Positions 37,657-48,214 are shown, counted from the first letter of the stretch. The stretch: DNA of 64,000 bases from Myxococcota bacterium (GCA_963674735.2 CAXXQS010000002.1:320001-384000), one strand, 5' to 3'. Numbers and translations: made by a program. The notes: generated from the letters alone by a model not told the origin.

Positions 37657-40107
37657 ATGAAACAAACACGCTGGCTGGCGCTTTTTTTGATCTGGGCCTT
37701 GATTTTAACGGGATGCGCCTCGAACGATTCCCCGGAAACCAGAGACGATGATGACCCCGATGGTGACGCCAGCGACGGCGACGGCGAAAACCCGGACGGC
37801 GATGAGCCCGACGGCGACACGCCCGACGGCGATAACGATACCGATGGCGATACCGACGGCGACGAGTCGGAGCCGCTTGAGCTGCCCTACGTTCCGCCCG
37901 CGATGGAAAACCCCATGGTGGACACGATTTATCTACAAGAATACAATCACACCACCAACGAAATCGAGCCGGGTGTGGGCGAATTGGTGGCGGTGGTTCT
38001 GCCGCCGGCCGCGTTCACCGATCTGGATTCGCCCTTGTGGGTCACGCCGCGGGGCGTCGTCGATCACGACACGAACGGAGCCCTGACCAGCTTCGAGATT
38101 CCCAGCGAACACGCCGATCTGATCGCCGCCGCCGTCAGCGGCGATGCCATCCTGCTCGCCTCGCCCGACTCGCTTTACGGCCTGCAAAACGACGGCTCGC
38201 TGCATCCGATCGCGGCTCCCGAATCGCTGACGATTCTCGGGTTGGCCAACGGGCCCGACCGCATTTTCGTCCTGACCGATCAGGGCATTCTCGATGTCAC
38301 ACCCGGCAAAGCTTTCGACTGGATCCCGCGCTGGCCGGACATGACGGCCGTTACGAGCAGCGCCGCTGGAACGGTTGTGGCCAATGCGAACGGCCTTTAC
38401 GTGTATCCGTCATTATCCACGCGCACCGAAACGCCGTCCGTCACGTTCGAGCCCGCCGATGGTCTGGGCGTGGGCGCGCTCAAAGCCCTGGTGGCCGACG
38501 TCTCGCTGCCCGACGCCTACGATGTGATCCTGATCGGCGAAGACGGCCTGCGCGCCGTCCGCATCGACGACGCCACCGACGCCGTGACGCTCGTCGACCC
38601 GCCCGAGTTCGCCGCCGACCGCGTCCCGTTGTTAAATCCGCGCCTCGCCGCCCGCGCCTCCGACGGCGGCTTCGTCGTCATCACGGCCGAAAGCGCGTAC
38701 CGCCTCATGGAGCGCGGCAGCGGACCCGAATGGCGCGTGTACAACTACGAACGCTGGCTGCCCTCGGACGACCTGCGCGGCCTGGCCCTGACCGATTCGA
38801 TCCCCGACAGCCCGCTGTACTTCGCCACGGCGGCGGGACCGGCCACGGTGACCGCCCGGCGCATCACCCTGGAAGAAAAATTCGACCATTTCATCCAACG
38901 AATCGTCGATCGGCACGACCGTGACGGCGCGGTGGCCGACTCGCGTCTGAGCGTGCGCGGCGATCTGGCCAGCAGCGTCTCCTACGACTCCGACAACGAC
39001 GGCGGCTGGACCTGCTACTGGGTTTTGTCGGAGTGCTTCCGCTACCAGGTCACCGGCGATGCCGAGGCCAAGGCGCATTTCGACAAATCGCTGGAGCGCA
39101 TGCTGAGCCTGCAAACGCTCACCGGCACCGATCATTTTCTGGCCCGGTCCGTCATCCGCAAAGACGGCTGCCAGCTCGACGACTGCGACGGTCCGGACGA
39201 CGGCGAATGGTTCACCAGCCCCGACGGCGAATGGTGGGTCAAGGGCGACACCAGTAACGACGAAGTCACCTCGCACATGTTCATGATGGCGCACGCCTAC
39301 GACCTCTGCGCCGACGCCGACCAGCAGGCGGCCATCCGTCAGCACGTCTCCCGGATTATCGGCGGTATCATCGACAACGGCTATCAGCTAAACGACATCG
39401 ACGGCGAATGCACGACTTACGGCCAATTCGATCCGTTTTACGTCAACGAATGGGTGGAAGGCGCGTTCGGCGACGGCGGCCGTCGCAGCGCCCAGATTCT
39501 CGCGGCGCTCAGCCTGGCCTATTACATGACCGGCGACGAAAAATTCATGGACGCCAAACGCTACCTGATGGACGAGCACCATTACGGCGACAACGTGGTG
39601 CGCGAAAGCGAATACCAGTACCGAAAGGGATCCGGCGACGGCGACGAGCTGGGTACCCAGGCCTTTTTCGTGCTGCTGCGCTACGAATCCGACCCGGAGT
39701 TGCGCGCCAAGTGGCTCGAAGGCTGGCGACGCAGCTACGGCAATACGCGCCTACAGCAGGCGGCGCTGTGGGACATGGTCAACGCCGTTTTGGGCGGCGA
39801 CGATCCGCAGTTGGAAAACGCCATGCGCTGGTTCCAACTCACGCCCATGGACATGATCCGCTGGAATCTGCACAACGAGCACCGGCAAGATCTCGTCACC
39901 CCACCCGCGTTTTACGAGGACAACGGCGCGACGCGCTCGGACGGCTACATCGTCCCCTACGACGAACGTCGCACGGAACGCTGGAACACCGATCAGTACA
40001 ACGTCGAGGGCGGCATGGGCGGCTGGCGCGAGATGGACGGCGCGGACGCCTTGATGCCTTACTGGCTGGGCCGCTACTACGGCTTCATCGTGCCGGAAGA
40101 AAAATAA
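37657..40107 (+). CDS. Large hypothetical lipoprotein (beta-rich N-half, helical hydrolase-like C-half)
   Basis: LTGC lipobox, DGD repeats, 816 aa with coding-like codon usage. Confidence 0.75.
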   Translation: MKQTRWLALFLIWALILTGCASNDSPETRDDDDPDGDASDGDGENPDGDEPDGDTPDGDNDTDGDTDGDESEPLELPYVPPAMENPMVDTIYLQEYNHTTNEIEPGVGELVAVVLPPAAFTDLDSPLWVTPRGVVDHDTNGALTSFEIPSEHADLIAAAVSGDAILLASPDSLYGLQNDGSLHPIAAPESLTILGLANGPDRIFVLTDQGILDVTPGKAFDWIPRWPDMTAVTSSAAGTVVANANGLYVYPSLSTRTETPSVTFEPADGLGVGALKALVADVSLPDAYDVILIGEDGLRAVRIDDATDAVTLVDPPEFAADRVPLLNPRLAARASDGGFVVITAESAYRLMERGSGPEWRVYNYERWLPSDDLRGLALTDSIPDSPLYFATAAGPATVTARRITLEEKFDHFIQRIVDRHDRDGAVADSRLSVRGDLASSVSYDSDNDGGWTCYWVLSECFRYQVTGDAEAKAHFDKSLERMLSLQTLTGTDHFLARSVIRKDGCQLDDCDGPDDGEWFTSPDGEWWVKGDTSNDEVTSHMFMMAHAYDLCADADQQAAIRQHVSRIIGGIIDNGYQLNDIDGECTTYGQFDPFYVNEWVEGAFGDGGRRSAQILAALSLAYYMTGDEKFMDAKRYLMDEHHYGDNVVRESEYQYRKGSGDGDELGTQAFFVLLRYESDPELRAKWLEGWRRSYGNTRLQQAALWDMVNAVLGGDDPQLENAMRWFQLTPMDMIRWNLHNEHRQDLVTPPAFYEDNGATRSDGYIVPYDERRTERWNTDQYNVEGGMGGWREMDGADALMPYWLGRYYGFIVPEEK

Positions 40108-40127
40108 CCGGGGATAAGAAGCGGAAT

Positions 40128-40787
40128 TTAAGCAGACGCCTGTCGGGCCGCCCGGATAAACGCCGCCGCTTTTTTTTCGTCAAGGAGCCCGTCCGTTCGG
40201 ACACCCGAGCAGACATCCACCCCGTAGGGGCGAACAGCTCGGACGGCCTCGGCCACATTGTGGGGATTCAGGCCTCCCGCCAGAAAAACCGGAACGTCTA
40301 CGGATTCTCGGATACGGCGGCTGATCGTCCAATCATGGATGCGGCCGGTCCCGCCCAATTCCTTGACGGCCTTGTCCGGCTTGCCCGAGTCGAGCAGAAT
40401 GGCCCGCACCTGCGGGGCGACAGCCTGTGCTTCTGCAACTGACTCTTCCCCATCGACATGAATCACCTGCACCAGGGTGATTCCCGGCAAAGCCGCACGC
40501 AACTCTCGATACGAACCGTCTTCCAATCGGTCGCAGAGCTGGATCACCGAACTGCGGCAGCGCCGTTGCTGAGCGATGATTTCCGAAGCGGATTGAAGGC
40601 TTGTCAGCAGAAAGCTGGAAACGCCGGGCGGAACCCCGTCGGCAATCTCCCGAATGGCGGTTTCGGATATGACGCCCGGCCCGCTGGGCATGGCCGAAAC
40701 GAGACCCACCGCCGAAACCCCCAGCCGAACGGCCAAAGCCGCTTCGGCGGGGGAGGAAATGCAGCAGATTTTGACCCGAACGCACAT
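40128..40787 (-). CDS. trpF: Phosphoribosylanthranilate isomerase (TrpF-like)
   Basis: RVKICCIS, LLDSG, LGGTGRIHDW, FLAGGLNP.NV and GVDVCSGV motifs. Confidence 0.85.
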   Translation of the reverse strand: MCVRVKICCISSPAEAALAVRLGVSAVGLVSAMPSGPGVISETAIREIADGVPPGVSSFLLTSLQSASEIIAQQRRCRSSVIQLCDRLEDGSYRELRAALPGITLVQVIHVDGEESVAEAQAVAPQVRAILLDSGKPDKAVKELGGTGRIHDWTISRRIRESVDVPVFLAGGLNPHNVAEAVRAVRPYGVDVCSGVRTDGLLDEKKAAAFIRAARQASA

Positions 40788-40800
40788 CCGAACGGCTCGC

Positions 40801-42741
40801 TTACTCCACGTCGTACACGCAGCCCGAGCCGTCGAGCACGCCCGCGAAACAGGCGGCCGTGGGCGTATGCACCTGGTCGGTGAGGAAGATGTGCATGTGC
40901 TTGTCGTTCGTTTCCACCTCGGGGAAATTGTATTGCTGGTGCACGCGCGTCGCGGCCGGGCCCTCGGGGTCGAATTGCATGTTGTTTTCAACCGGCGGGG
41001 TCACCGTCGGCATGCCGGTCACCGCATGATCCAGCGTAACATCCGACAGCCCCGCCCCGAAAAACCAGGCCTGCAGATCGGTGGAGGGATTGATGGCCAC
41101 CGGGTCGCCGATGGTTTCGAACAGCAACACGTGCTTGGGCGCGACGGAACGGCTTTCCTGCTTGGTGGGGTAGTTGCCGGGATCGCCGCCGTCGAGGATG
41201 CTCTGCAATTGCGCCATCAGAACGCGCGATTCGATGGCCGGACGCCCCTCGACGATATCGAGCATCATGTACTTGAACAGACCGTCCGATAACAGCATGC
41301 GATAAGGCGCGCCACCGGCGATCAGGCAGGAGGCCGACAAGGTGTCCGCCACCGCCGTGGTCAGCGTGCCGCTGATGGAGCCCATGGAATGACCGATATA
41401 GAAGGTGCGCCAGTTGTCGAGCGTCTGCGTCGCGCCGGTAATGGCATCGAGGCTGTCATTCAGGGCGGCGACGCCGGTTAAGACGGCCAGGTGGTCGGCG
41501 CTGGTCTGGCGGAAGTTGTCGCGGCTGCGTTTGGGCGAGCTGAAGTCGGCCATGGCCGCCATGCCGCCCGCGTCGCGGTCGCCGTGATACAGCAGATCCA
41601 TACCCATCACCGCCATACCCGCTTCGAGGTAGGGTTTGGCCACCATGAACAGATCGCGCTTGTAGCGCCCGCCGCCATGCTGCAAAAGCACCCAGGGAAG
41701 CGGAGGAGTTCCGTTTTTCGGCAGCGCCAGAATGAAGCCGGGAACGGTGTCGCCCTGCACGATGGGCCGTCCGGTTTCGAGATCCACGAGGATCTCGCCC
41801 GCCTCGTTCTGATAACGCGGCAGCGTGAACAGCCCCTGAATCACCGTATCGGCCATCACCGCCAGGGTGGCGGCGTCCGGGGCTTCCTCGCCATAGACGC
41901 TGAAATCGCTCACTTCCTCGGCGCTCGTGACGGTGAGGGCCGGATGAGCGGCCAGATAGCTGTAGAGTGCCGCATGCACGCCGCTGGTGCGCGACGGCGT
42001 AAAGGGTAAAGCGAGCACGAGTCCTTCCCCATGTCCGGCGTCCACCAAGGCCTGGGCGGCGGTAACATAATCGGCGTGGGCGCGGTCGCCGTCGCAGGCG
42101 GGAACGGGCGTCGCGCCATTTACAACATCCGCATTAAGCGCCAGGATGTAGCGTTCGCCTTCCTGCGGCATGGGTAGCGGCCTGGCGTAGTCGAGAATCA
42201 GCGTGCGTCCCTCATCTTCCACGGCGCAGCTTAGCGCTCCGGCATCCAGCACGCTCACCGTACCGTCGAGCCAAGCGTATAACGCCGCTCCGGCGCTGTC
42301 GCAGTCCTGCGCCTCGCCCTCCAGCGCGACGAAGAACGACGCCACCAGGGGGAAACCGTCCAGCCCACTCAACTCGGCGTACCAGTTTTCCCGCGCATCG
42401 AGCATCAACTCAGCGCTGCGGTCGTCTTCCGGCGGCGCCAGCACGACTCCCGTCAACGACTCGCCCGGTTGTTCCCATGCCGGTGTGGGAAACTGAATGA
42501 CGTTTTTAAGCGCCGCACAGGACTCGTAAACGAATTCCGGAGCGTCGCCGTCGGGGTCGTCGCCGTCGGGGTCGTCGCCATCGGGGTCGTCGCCATCGGG
42601 GTCGTCGCCATCGGGGTTGTCGCCATCGGGGTTGTCGCCGTCGACGGTTTCGCCGTCATCGCCGCCACAGGCCAACAAACCGCCGCCGACCAAAACCGCC
42701 AGTAAAAAGAGGGCGAACAAATGAAAACGGAGCTGCGTCAT
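40801..42741 (-). CDS. Alpha/beta hydrolase-like lipoprotein
   Basis: LLAC lipobox, LLQHG, D..YHG.R, RDNFRQ and YIGHSMG nucleophile elbow. Confidence 0.8.
   Translation of the reverse strand: MTQLRFHLFALFLLAVLVGGGLLACGGDDGETVDGDNPDGDNPDGDDPDGDDPDGDDPDGDDPDGDAPEFVYESCAALKNVIQFPTPAWEQPGESLTGVVLAPPEDDRSAELMLDARENWYAELSGLDGFPLVASFFVALEGEAQDCDSAGAALYAWLDGTVSVLDAGALSCAVEDEGRTLILDYARPLPMPQEGERYILALNADVVNGATPVPACDGDRAHADYVTAAQALVDAGHGEGLVLALPFTPSRTSGVHAALYSYLAAHPALTVTSAEEVSDFSVYGEEAPDAATLAVMADTVIQGLFTLPRYQNEAGEILVDLETGRPIVQGDTVPGFILALPKNGTPPLPWVLLQHGGGRYKRDLFMVAKPYLEAGMAVMGMDLLYHGDRDAGGMAAMADFSSPKRSRDNFRQTSADHLAVLTGVAALNDSLDAITGATQTLDNWRTFYIGHSMGSISGTLTTAVADTLSASCLIAGGAPYRMLLSDGLFKYMMLDIVEGRPAIESRVLMAQLQSILDGGDPGNYPTKQESRSVAPKHVLLFETIGDPVAINPSTDLQAWFFGAGLSDVTLDHAVTGMPTVTPPVENNMQFDPEGPAATRVHQQYNFPEVETNDKHMHIFLTDQVHTPTAACFAGVLDGSGCVYDVE
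42544..42642 (-). repeat. 15-bp tandem repeat encoding (DGDxP)n
   Basis: Six and a half units of GTCGCCRTCGGGGTY. Confidence 0.9.
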
Positions 42742-43138
42742 CGTCAAACCTTTCCTGAAAACTCGCTGCGGATCGCTCCACAATCGACATTTGTTATCGC
42801 TTCGAAGCGACTATTCTGGCACAAGTTTCGGAAAAGTCAACGCGGCTTGCGATCAAATCATCCGAACGGAGTGCATCACACGATAGTGCAAACCGTTTGA
42901 TTTTTGGGGTGCAAGGGCCAGGCTGCCGGCTTGCCCGTGTGCGAAACTCTCATGGTCAAACTCCGCTTCTCTTCGCTTAGCCCACGTTTTGAAGGGCTTT
43001 CGGCAATCGTCTGTCAGACACTCATCCGAGCGTGATAGAGGGGTGACCGTTTCCACTCCCCTGCTTTTTTCCTACCGATACACAGGCTTTTCCGTTACAA
43101 TGCCACCGACTCGCCGGAACTTTCTTCAGGGGATCGAT

Positions 43139-44506
43139 ATGCGTCTCATCACCCATCTGTGGTTATGCCTTCTTGTTGCGGGCGTCTGTGCGGCCTGCAC
43201 CGGCGACGACATCGAGACGCCCGCCACCGACGGCGACGGCGACGCAGACACAATCGTCGACGGCGACCGGGACGACGAACGCGAGATCGACCGGGAGGAC
43301 GACACCACGCTGGGCAGCGGCTTCGCCTGCGAACCGCAAACCTGCCGCAAGGGATTTCTGCCGCCCCCAAGTTGCCTGATGCCCGACTCGACTCTGATTC
43401 CTCCCCCGAACACGCCCGCCGTCTGCGAGTCGGCCGACGACTGCGCCCCCACCGAAACCTGCGTGGCCGCCTCTCCCGATTGGCTGTGTGTGCCCGAAAG
43501 CCTGCCCCGTTGGCTGTCCGGCTATCGCTTCGGATCGACTTGCGCCTGGGAGCTCATCGCCGAAAGCCAAAGCTCCTGCGCCATCACGGGAGTGTGGGAA
43601 AACGCGGGCGACCTCGTTTCGCTCGAATATTGCAGCGAAACCGAAACCAGCCGCCTGTGCCGCTCCGGCGACTGCCGAAACCTGGAGGAATCCCTCCCCG
43701 CCAAGACGCTGATGGACGTCGTCGCCTGCGGAATTCCCCGCCACACCTTTGTTTTGCTGCGCGACGAGTCGGAATGGCCCTACACCTACCTGCTGTATCG
43801 GGACAGCGAAGACGGCCTGGAACGGCTCAAACACATCACGAACCTAACCGACCAGTATCTGATCGACGGTGCCTCCGCCCATTTCCTATGCGGATCGGCC
43901 GGACGCCTGTTCGCCATCACCCCCGGCGAAGTCCTGCATTATCGCGACGGCGCATTCCAGTCTTTCGTCACCCTCGACGAACTGCGCAACCAACTGGAAA
44001 GTCAGGAATTGTGGGGCGCTTTCGACGGCGCGGCCTTCGATCCCGATCATCCCGAGCGCCTGCGCCTGGGCGCGGCCGGGGATTACCAGACCTGGCGCTT
44101 TATCCTCGACGCCGACGGTTCGCTGATCGATGCGCGCCGCAACGAGATCGATAGCTGGCAAACCCGCATCCTGCCGCTTTTCGGGAGCGATTGGCTGATC
44201 GGCGAAGGCAAAAACCTGAAACGCTACATCACCGGCGAATCCTACCTCGACCTCTTCACCCTGGCGGAAAACGAAACCCTGATCGGCGTGGACGGCCAAG
44301 GCGGCCTGCTCACCCGCACCCTGAGCCGTCTGTTTCGCTATCCCTTAAGTGCGGATGCACTGCCCGTCGCCGCGGACAGCGGGCTGCCGTTCCCGGCCGA
44401 TTACCCCGGCTATCTGCCCGCGATCCGGCAAGTCTTTCTGCATGCGGAGCTGGGCGATTCCCCCGCTTTCCTGTGGATGCAGTTCCGACCCGTAAGCGAT
44501 TTCTAG
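43139..44506 (+). CDS. Hypothetical Cys-rich lipoprotein
   Basis: Signal peptide, CAAC lipobox-like site, DGDGD linker and Cys-rich region. Confidence 0.65.
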   Translation: MRLITHLWLCLLVAGVCAACTGDDIETPATDGDGDADTIVDGDRDDEREIDREDDTTLGSGFACEPQTCRKGFLPPPSCLMPDSTLIPPPNTPAVCESADDCAPTETCVAASPDWLCVPESLPRWLSGYRFGSTCAWELIAESQSSCAITGVWENAGDLVSLEYCSETETSRLCRSGDCRNLEESLPAKTLMDVVACGIPRHTFVLLRDESEWPYTYLLYRDSEDGLERLKHITNLTDQYLIDGASAHFLCGSAGRLFAITPGEVLHYRDGAFQSFVTLDELRNQLESQELWGAFDGAAFDPDHPERLRLGAAGDYQTWRFILDADGSLIDARRNEIDSWQTRILPLFGSDWLIGEGKNLKRYITGESYLDLFTLAENETLIGVDGQGGLLTRTLSRLFRYPLSADALPVAADSGLPFPADYPGYLPAIRQVFLHAELGDSPAFLWMQFRPVSDF

Positions 44507-44751
44507 CCATTGACGCCGACATTCCCCCTTCGGCTTTCCACGGACTCATTCGCTCTAATCTACCGGTTTGCAGTGGTATACATGTTTTCTCGTATTTACA
44601 GGCTATTTATCGATTATACAAAGCTATTTCCGTTGTTTTATCTGACATTTTTGCTTGCCTTCCACGGATGTGACAGGTATTCTGATCGTCGTAGAAGACA
44701 TGGCGGGCCATGCAGTCCCGCCCTGAAAACACTCAACCCTGCTCGCACTCA

Positions 44752-45480
44752 ATGAACACCACTATGGATTTGAAGGTCAAACCGGTCAACCTGTTCGTCG
44801 GTAATTACGGAAGCGGAAAAACGGAAGTTTCCGTCAACCTGGCGCTGGCGCTGGCCGAAAGCGGATCAACCGTCGAAATGGCCGATCTGGACGTGGTGAA
44901 CCCCTATTTCCGCAGCCGCGAAGTCCGCCATCTTCTCGAAAAGCAGAATATCCGCACGGTTTTACCCGACGACGGTCTGCTCAACGCCGACCTGCCCATC
45001 GTGGTGCCGGGCATCCGCGGTTTGATCCAACGCCCCCGAGGCGTCGCCATCCTCGATGTGGGCGGCGACGACGTGGGTGCAACGATTCTCGGCAGTCTGC
45101 GCGATGTGCTGCTGGCCGCCGATCACGACATGCTGCAAGTGGTCAACGGCTACCGGCCCTTCACCGACACGGTGGAAGGCACGGTGGCGATTACACGTGA
45201 AATCGAAGCCGCCGCGCGGCTTTCCGTCACCGGCGTGGTGGGCAATCCTCATCTCATGGAGGAAACCACGCTTGACACCATTTTGAACGGGTACGCGTTC
45301 ACCTGCGACGTCGCGCAGGAACTGGGCTTGCCGGTGCTCTTCATCACCTGCCCGGAAGCCTTGATCGACGCCCTTTCGCCGGACGCCGTTGCCTGTCCGG
45401 TATTGCCGATCCGACAACGCCTGCTGCCGCCGTGGAAACGCCGCCAGGCACTGGGCCCGAAGAAATTCCTGTTGTCCTAG
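44752..45480 (+). CDS. P-loop ATP-binding protein (MinD/CobQ-like) associated with an oxoacid oxidoreductase operon
   Basis: GNYGSGKTE, DLDVVNPYFRSRE and DVGGDDVGA motifs. The start is uncertain. Confidence 0.8.
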   Translation: MNTTMDLKVKPVNLFVGNYGSGKTEVSVNLALALAESGSTVEMADLDVVNPYFRSREVRHLLEKQNIRTVLPDDGLLNADLPIVVPGIRGLIQRPRGVAILDVGGDDVGATILGSLRDVLLAADHDMLQVVNGYRPFTDTVEGTVAITREIEAAARLSVTGVVGNPHLMEETTLDTILNGYAFTCDVAQELGLPVLFITCPEALIDALSPDAVACPVLPIRQRLLPPWKRRQALGPKKFLLS

Positions 45481-45509
45481 ACCGTCAAACGGATCAGGAG
45501 GTATAGTGG

Positions 45510-46505
45510 ATGCCTGAAGTTATCATCGATCGAGACCGCTGCAAGGGTTGCGGCCTGTGCGTGGACGCCTGTCCCAAAGACGTTCTGGGCATGAGCACGG
45601 ACATCAACGCCAAAGGTTACTTCTACTCCGAAGCCCAACGTCCCGACGACTGCATCGGATGCAAAACCTGTGCGATCACCTGCCCGGATGTGGCCATCGT
45701 CGTCAAAAACAAGCGCAAGGGCGAAGATGAGGAGCGGGTGGTGTTCCAGCGCCCGGAATCCTTAACGGAAAACATCACCCATTACTGCCCCGGCTGCACC
45801 CATGGCATCATCCATCGTCTGGTGGCCGAGGTGCTCGACGAACTGGGCCTGCGGGAACGCACCGTGGGCGTCGCCCCGGTGGGTTGTGCGGTTTTAGCTT
45901 ACAACTACTTCAACTGCGATTTCCTCGAAGCCGCCCACGGCCGCGCCCCGGCCTTCGCGACCGGACTCAAGCGTGTGCGCCCCGATCTGATCGTGTTTAC
46001 CTACCAAGGCGACGGCGATCTGGCCTCCATCGGCGGCAACGAGATTCTGCACGCCGCCAATCGCGGCGAGAAATTCACCACCATCTTCGTCAACAACGCC
46101 ATTTACGGCATGACCGGCGGTCAGATGGCCCCCACGACCCTGCCGAACCAGGTCACCACGACCTCCCCCATGGGTCGCAACGTGGAAGAAGTCGGATACC
46201 CGCTGAGGGTGGCCGAACTGCTCTCGACCCTGCGGACTCCGGGCTACGTGGCGCGTCAGTCGGTCCATACGCCGAAGAACATCATCCGTACCAAACAAGC
46301 CATCAAAAAGGCCTTCACCTACCAGATGGAGGGTCGCTGCTTCTCCCTGGTCGAAGTGTTGTCGACCTGCCCGACCAACTGGGGCAAGACCACCCGGGAA
46401 GCCTGCACGTGGCTGGAAGAAAACATGATCCCGTATTACCCGCTCGGTGAATTCAAAAATCCCGATTCGGACGCGGATACGGCCAGCGACACCCAAACGG
46501 CGTAG
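45510..46505 (+). CDS. Fused 2x[4Fe-4S] ferredoxin and 2-oxoacid:ferredoxin oxidoreductase beta (TPP) subunit
   Basis: CKGCGLCVDACP and CIGCKTCAITCP, then HYCPGC.HG, YQGDGDLASIG and NNAIYGMTGGQ. Confidence 0.9.
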   Translation: MPEVIIDRDRCKGCGLCVDACPKDVLGMSTDINAKGYFYSEAQRPDDCIGCKTCAITCPDVAIVVKNKRKGEDEERVVFQRPESLTENITHYCPGCTHGIIHRLVAEVLDELGLRERTVGVAPVGCAVLAYNYFNCDFLEAAHGRAPAFATGLKRVRPDLIVFTYQGDGDLASIGGNEILHAANRGEKFTTIFVNNAIYGMTGGQMAPTTLPNQVTTTSPMGRNVEEVGYPLRVAELLSTLRTPGYVARQSVHTPKNIIRTKQAIKKAFTYQMEGRCFSLVEVLSTCPTNWGKTTREACTWLEENMIPYYPLGEFKNPDSDADTASDTQTA

Positions 46506-46518
46506 GAGGAAGGCGATC

Positions 46519-47061
46519 ATGCAAGCGGAAGTGATGTTCGCAGGATTCGGCGGTCAAGGCATTATGCTCAGCGGCAAAATCTGGGCGGTGGCCGCCATGG
46601 CGGCCGGACACGAAGTGGTGTGGATTCCCTCCTATGGCCCGGAAATGCGGGGAGGAACGGCTTACTGTACCGTGGTTCTGGCCGACCGGCCCATCGGGTC
46701 ACCGGTGATCAGCTCACCGGGACACTTACTGGTCATGAACCGCCCCTCGCTCGAAAAATTCGCCCCGGTGATGAAGCCCGACGGCGTGTGCATGGTCAAC
46801 AGTTCGCTCATCCCCATCGAGTCGGGGCGCGCGGACATCGACGAGCTGCGTGTCCCCTGCAACGATCTGGCGATTGAACTGGGCAACCCGAAGGTCGCCA
46901 ACATCATCGCGCTGGGAGCCTTCGCGGCGCGCGCCGATCTGCTGGATTTCGAACTGGTGCGCGAAGCGGTACGCAAAACCTTCGCCGCCAAACCCAAGCT
47001 GATCCCGCTCAACATGGATGCACTGGACCGCGGCAAGCAGGTTGCTCTCGATAACCAATGA
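46519..47061 (+). CDS. 2-oxoacid:ferredoxin oxidoreductase gamma subunit
   Basis: AGFGGQG and PSYGPEMRGGTA motifs. RBS AGGAGG. Confidence 0.92.
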   Translation: MQAEVMFAGFGGQGIMLSGKIWAVAAMAAGHEVVWIPSYGPEMRGGTAYCTVVLADRPIGSPVISSPGHLLVMNRPSLEKFAPVMKPDGVCMVNSSLIPIESGRADIDELRVPCNDLAIELGNPKVANIIALGAFAARADLLDFELVREAVRKTFAAKPKLIPLNMDALDRGKQVALDNQ

Positions 47062-47103
47062 CCTTTCCGGGGGCGCCCCCCGTAGATGCAGGCGGAGGAT
47101 TTC

Positions 47104-48162
47104 ATGGCGAAGAAACTGATGAAAGGCGCGGAAGCCATCGGCGAAGCCGCAATCTGGGCCGGATGTAAAACCTATTTCTGTTATCCCATCACCCCGCAAA
47201 CCGAAGTGGCCGAATACCTGGCACGACGCATGCCGCAGGCGGGCGGGGTCTTTTTGCAGGCCGAAAGCGAGCTGGCAGCCTCCAACATGCTGTTCGGCGC
47301 CGCCAGTACCGGCGAACGGGTGTTCACCTCCTCGTCCTCTCCCGGCATCAGTTTGATGTCGGAGGCGATTTCGTATATCGCCGCCGCCGAACTGCCGGTG
47401 GTGCTCATCAACATCGTGCGCTCCGGCCCCGGTCTGGGCGGCATCCTGCCCGCGCAGTCGGATTATTTTCAGGCTACCAAGGGCGGCGGACACGGCGATT
47501 ACCGCCTGATCGTACTGGCCCCCTCAACCATTCAAGAGGCGGTCGACCTCACCATGGCCGCTTTCGATCTGGCCGACCAATACCGCAATCCGGTGATGGT
47601 GGTGGGCGATGGCTTGATCGGGCAGATGATGGAACCGGTGGAGTTCCCCGAAGATTACAAGCCCGCCCGCGTGGACTCCAGCGACTGGGCCACCACCGGC
47701 GCCAAAGGGCGGAAACCCCACTTGATCAAAACCTTGTTCCTCGATCCGAACCTCTGCGATCAACACAACATCAAGCTCGCAGAGAAATACCAACGCATCA
47801 CCGACGCCGAGCAGAAATCCGAAAGCATCAACCTGGATTGCGACTACGACATTCTGCTCGTCAGCTACGGCACCATGAGCCGCATCTGCAAAACCGTCGT
47901 CGAAGACCTGCAGGCCGACGGTATCAAGGTCGGCATGATCCGCCCCATCACGCTGTATCCGTTCCCCTATCAAGCCGTTGCCGAAGCGGCCAAACGGCCC
48001 TCCTGCAAAGCCGTTCTCAGCGTCGAGATGAGTATGGGCCAGATGGTCGAAGACGTGCGTCTGGCGGTCGAGGGAACCAAGCCCGTCCACTGGTACGGTC
48101 GCGCAGGCGGCGTGATCCCCACCACCGAGGAAGTCATCGGCAAGATCAAAGAGCTTCTGTAA
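47104..48162 (+). CDS. vorB: 2-oxoacid:ferredoxin oxidoreductase alpha subunit (VorB-like)
   Basis: YPITPQ, QAESE, TSSSSPGISL, R.GPGLG.I.PAQSDY and GGGHGDY motifs. Confidence 0.88.
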   Translation: MAKKLMKGAEAIGEAAIWAGCKTYFCYPITPQTEVAEYLARRMPQAGGVFLQAESELAASNMLFGAASTGERVFTSSSSPGISLMSEAISYIAAAELPVVLINIVRSGPGLGGILPAQSDYFQATKGGGHGDYRLIVLAPSTIQEAVDLTMAAFDLADQYRNPVMVVGDGLIGQMMEPVEFPEDYKPARVDSSDWATTGAKGRKPHLIKTLFLDPNLCDQHNIKLAEKYQRITDAEQKSESINLDCDYDILLVSYGTMSRICKTVVEDLQADGIKVGMIRPITLYPFPYQAVAEAAKRPSCKAVLSVEMSMGQMVEDVRLAVEGTKPVHWYGRAGGVIPTTEEVIGKIKELL

Positions 48163-48184
48163 CGCTCTCCACTCCTATCCATCC

Positions 48185-48214
48185 TCCCCCCGACCGATCG
48201 GGGGGATTTTTTTT
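48185..48214 (+). terminator. Rho-independent terminator
   Basis: TCCCCCCGA-loop-TCGGGGGGA plus a T-tract. Confidence 0.8.
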
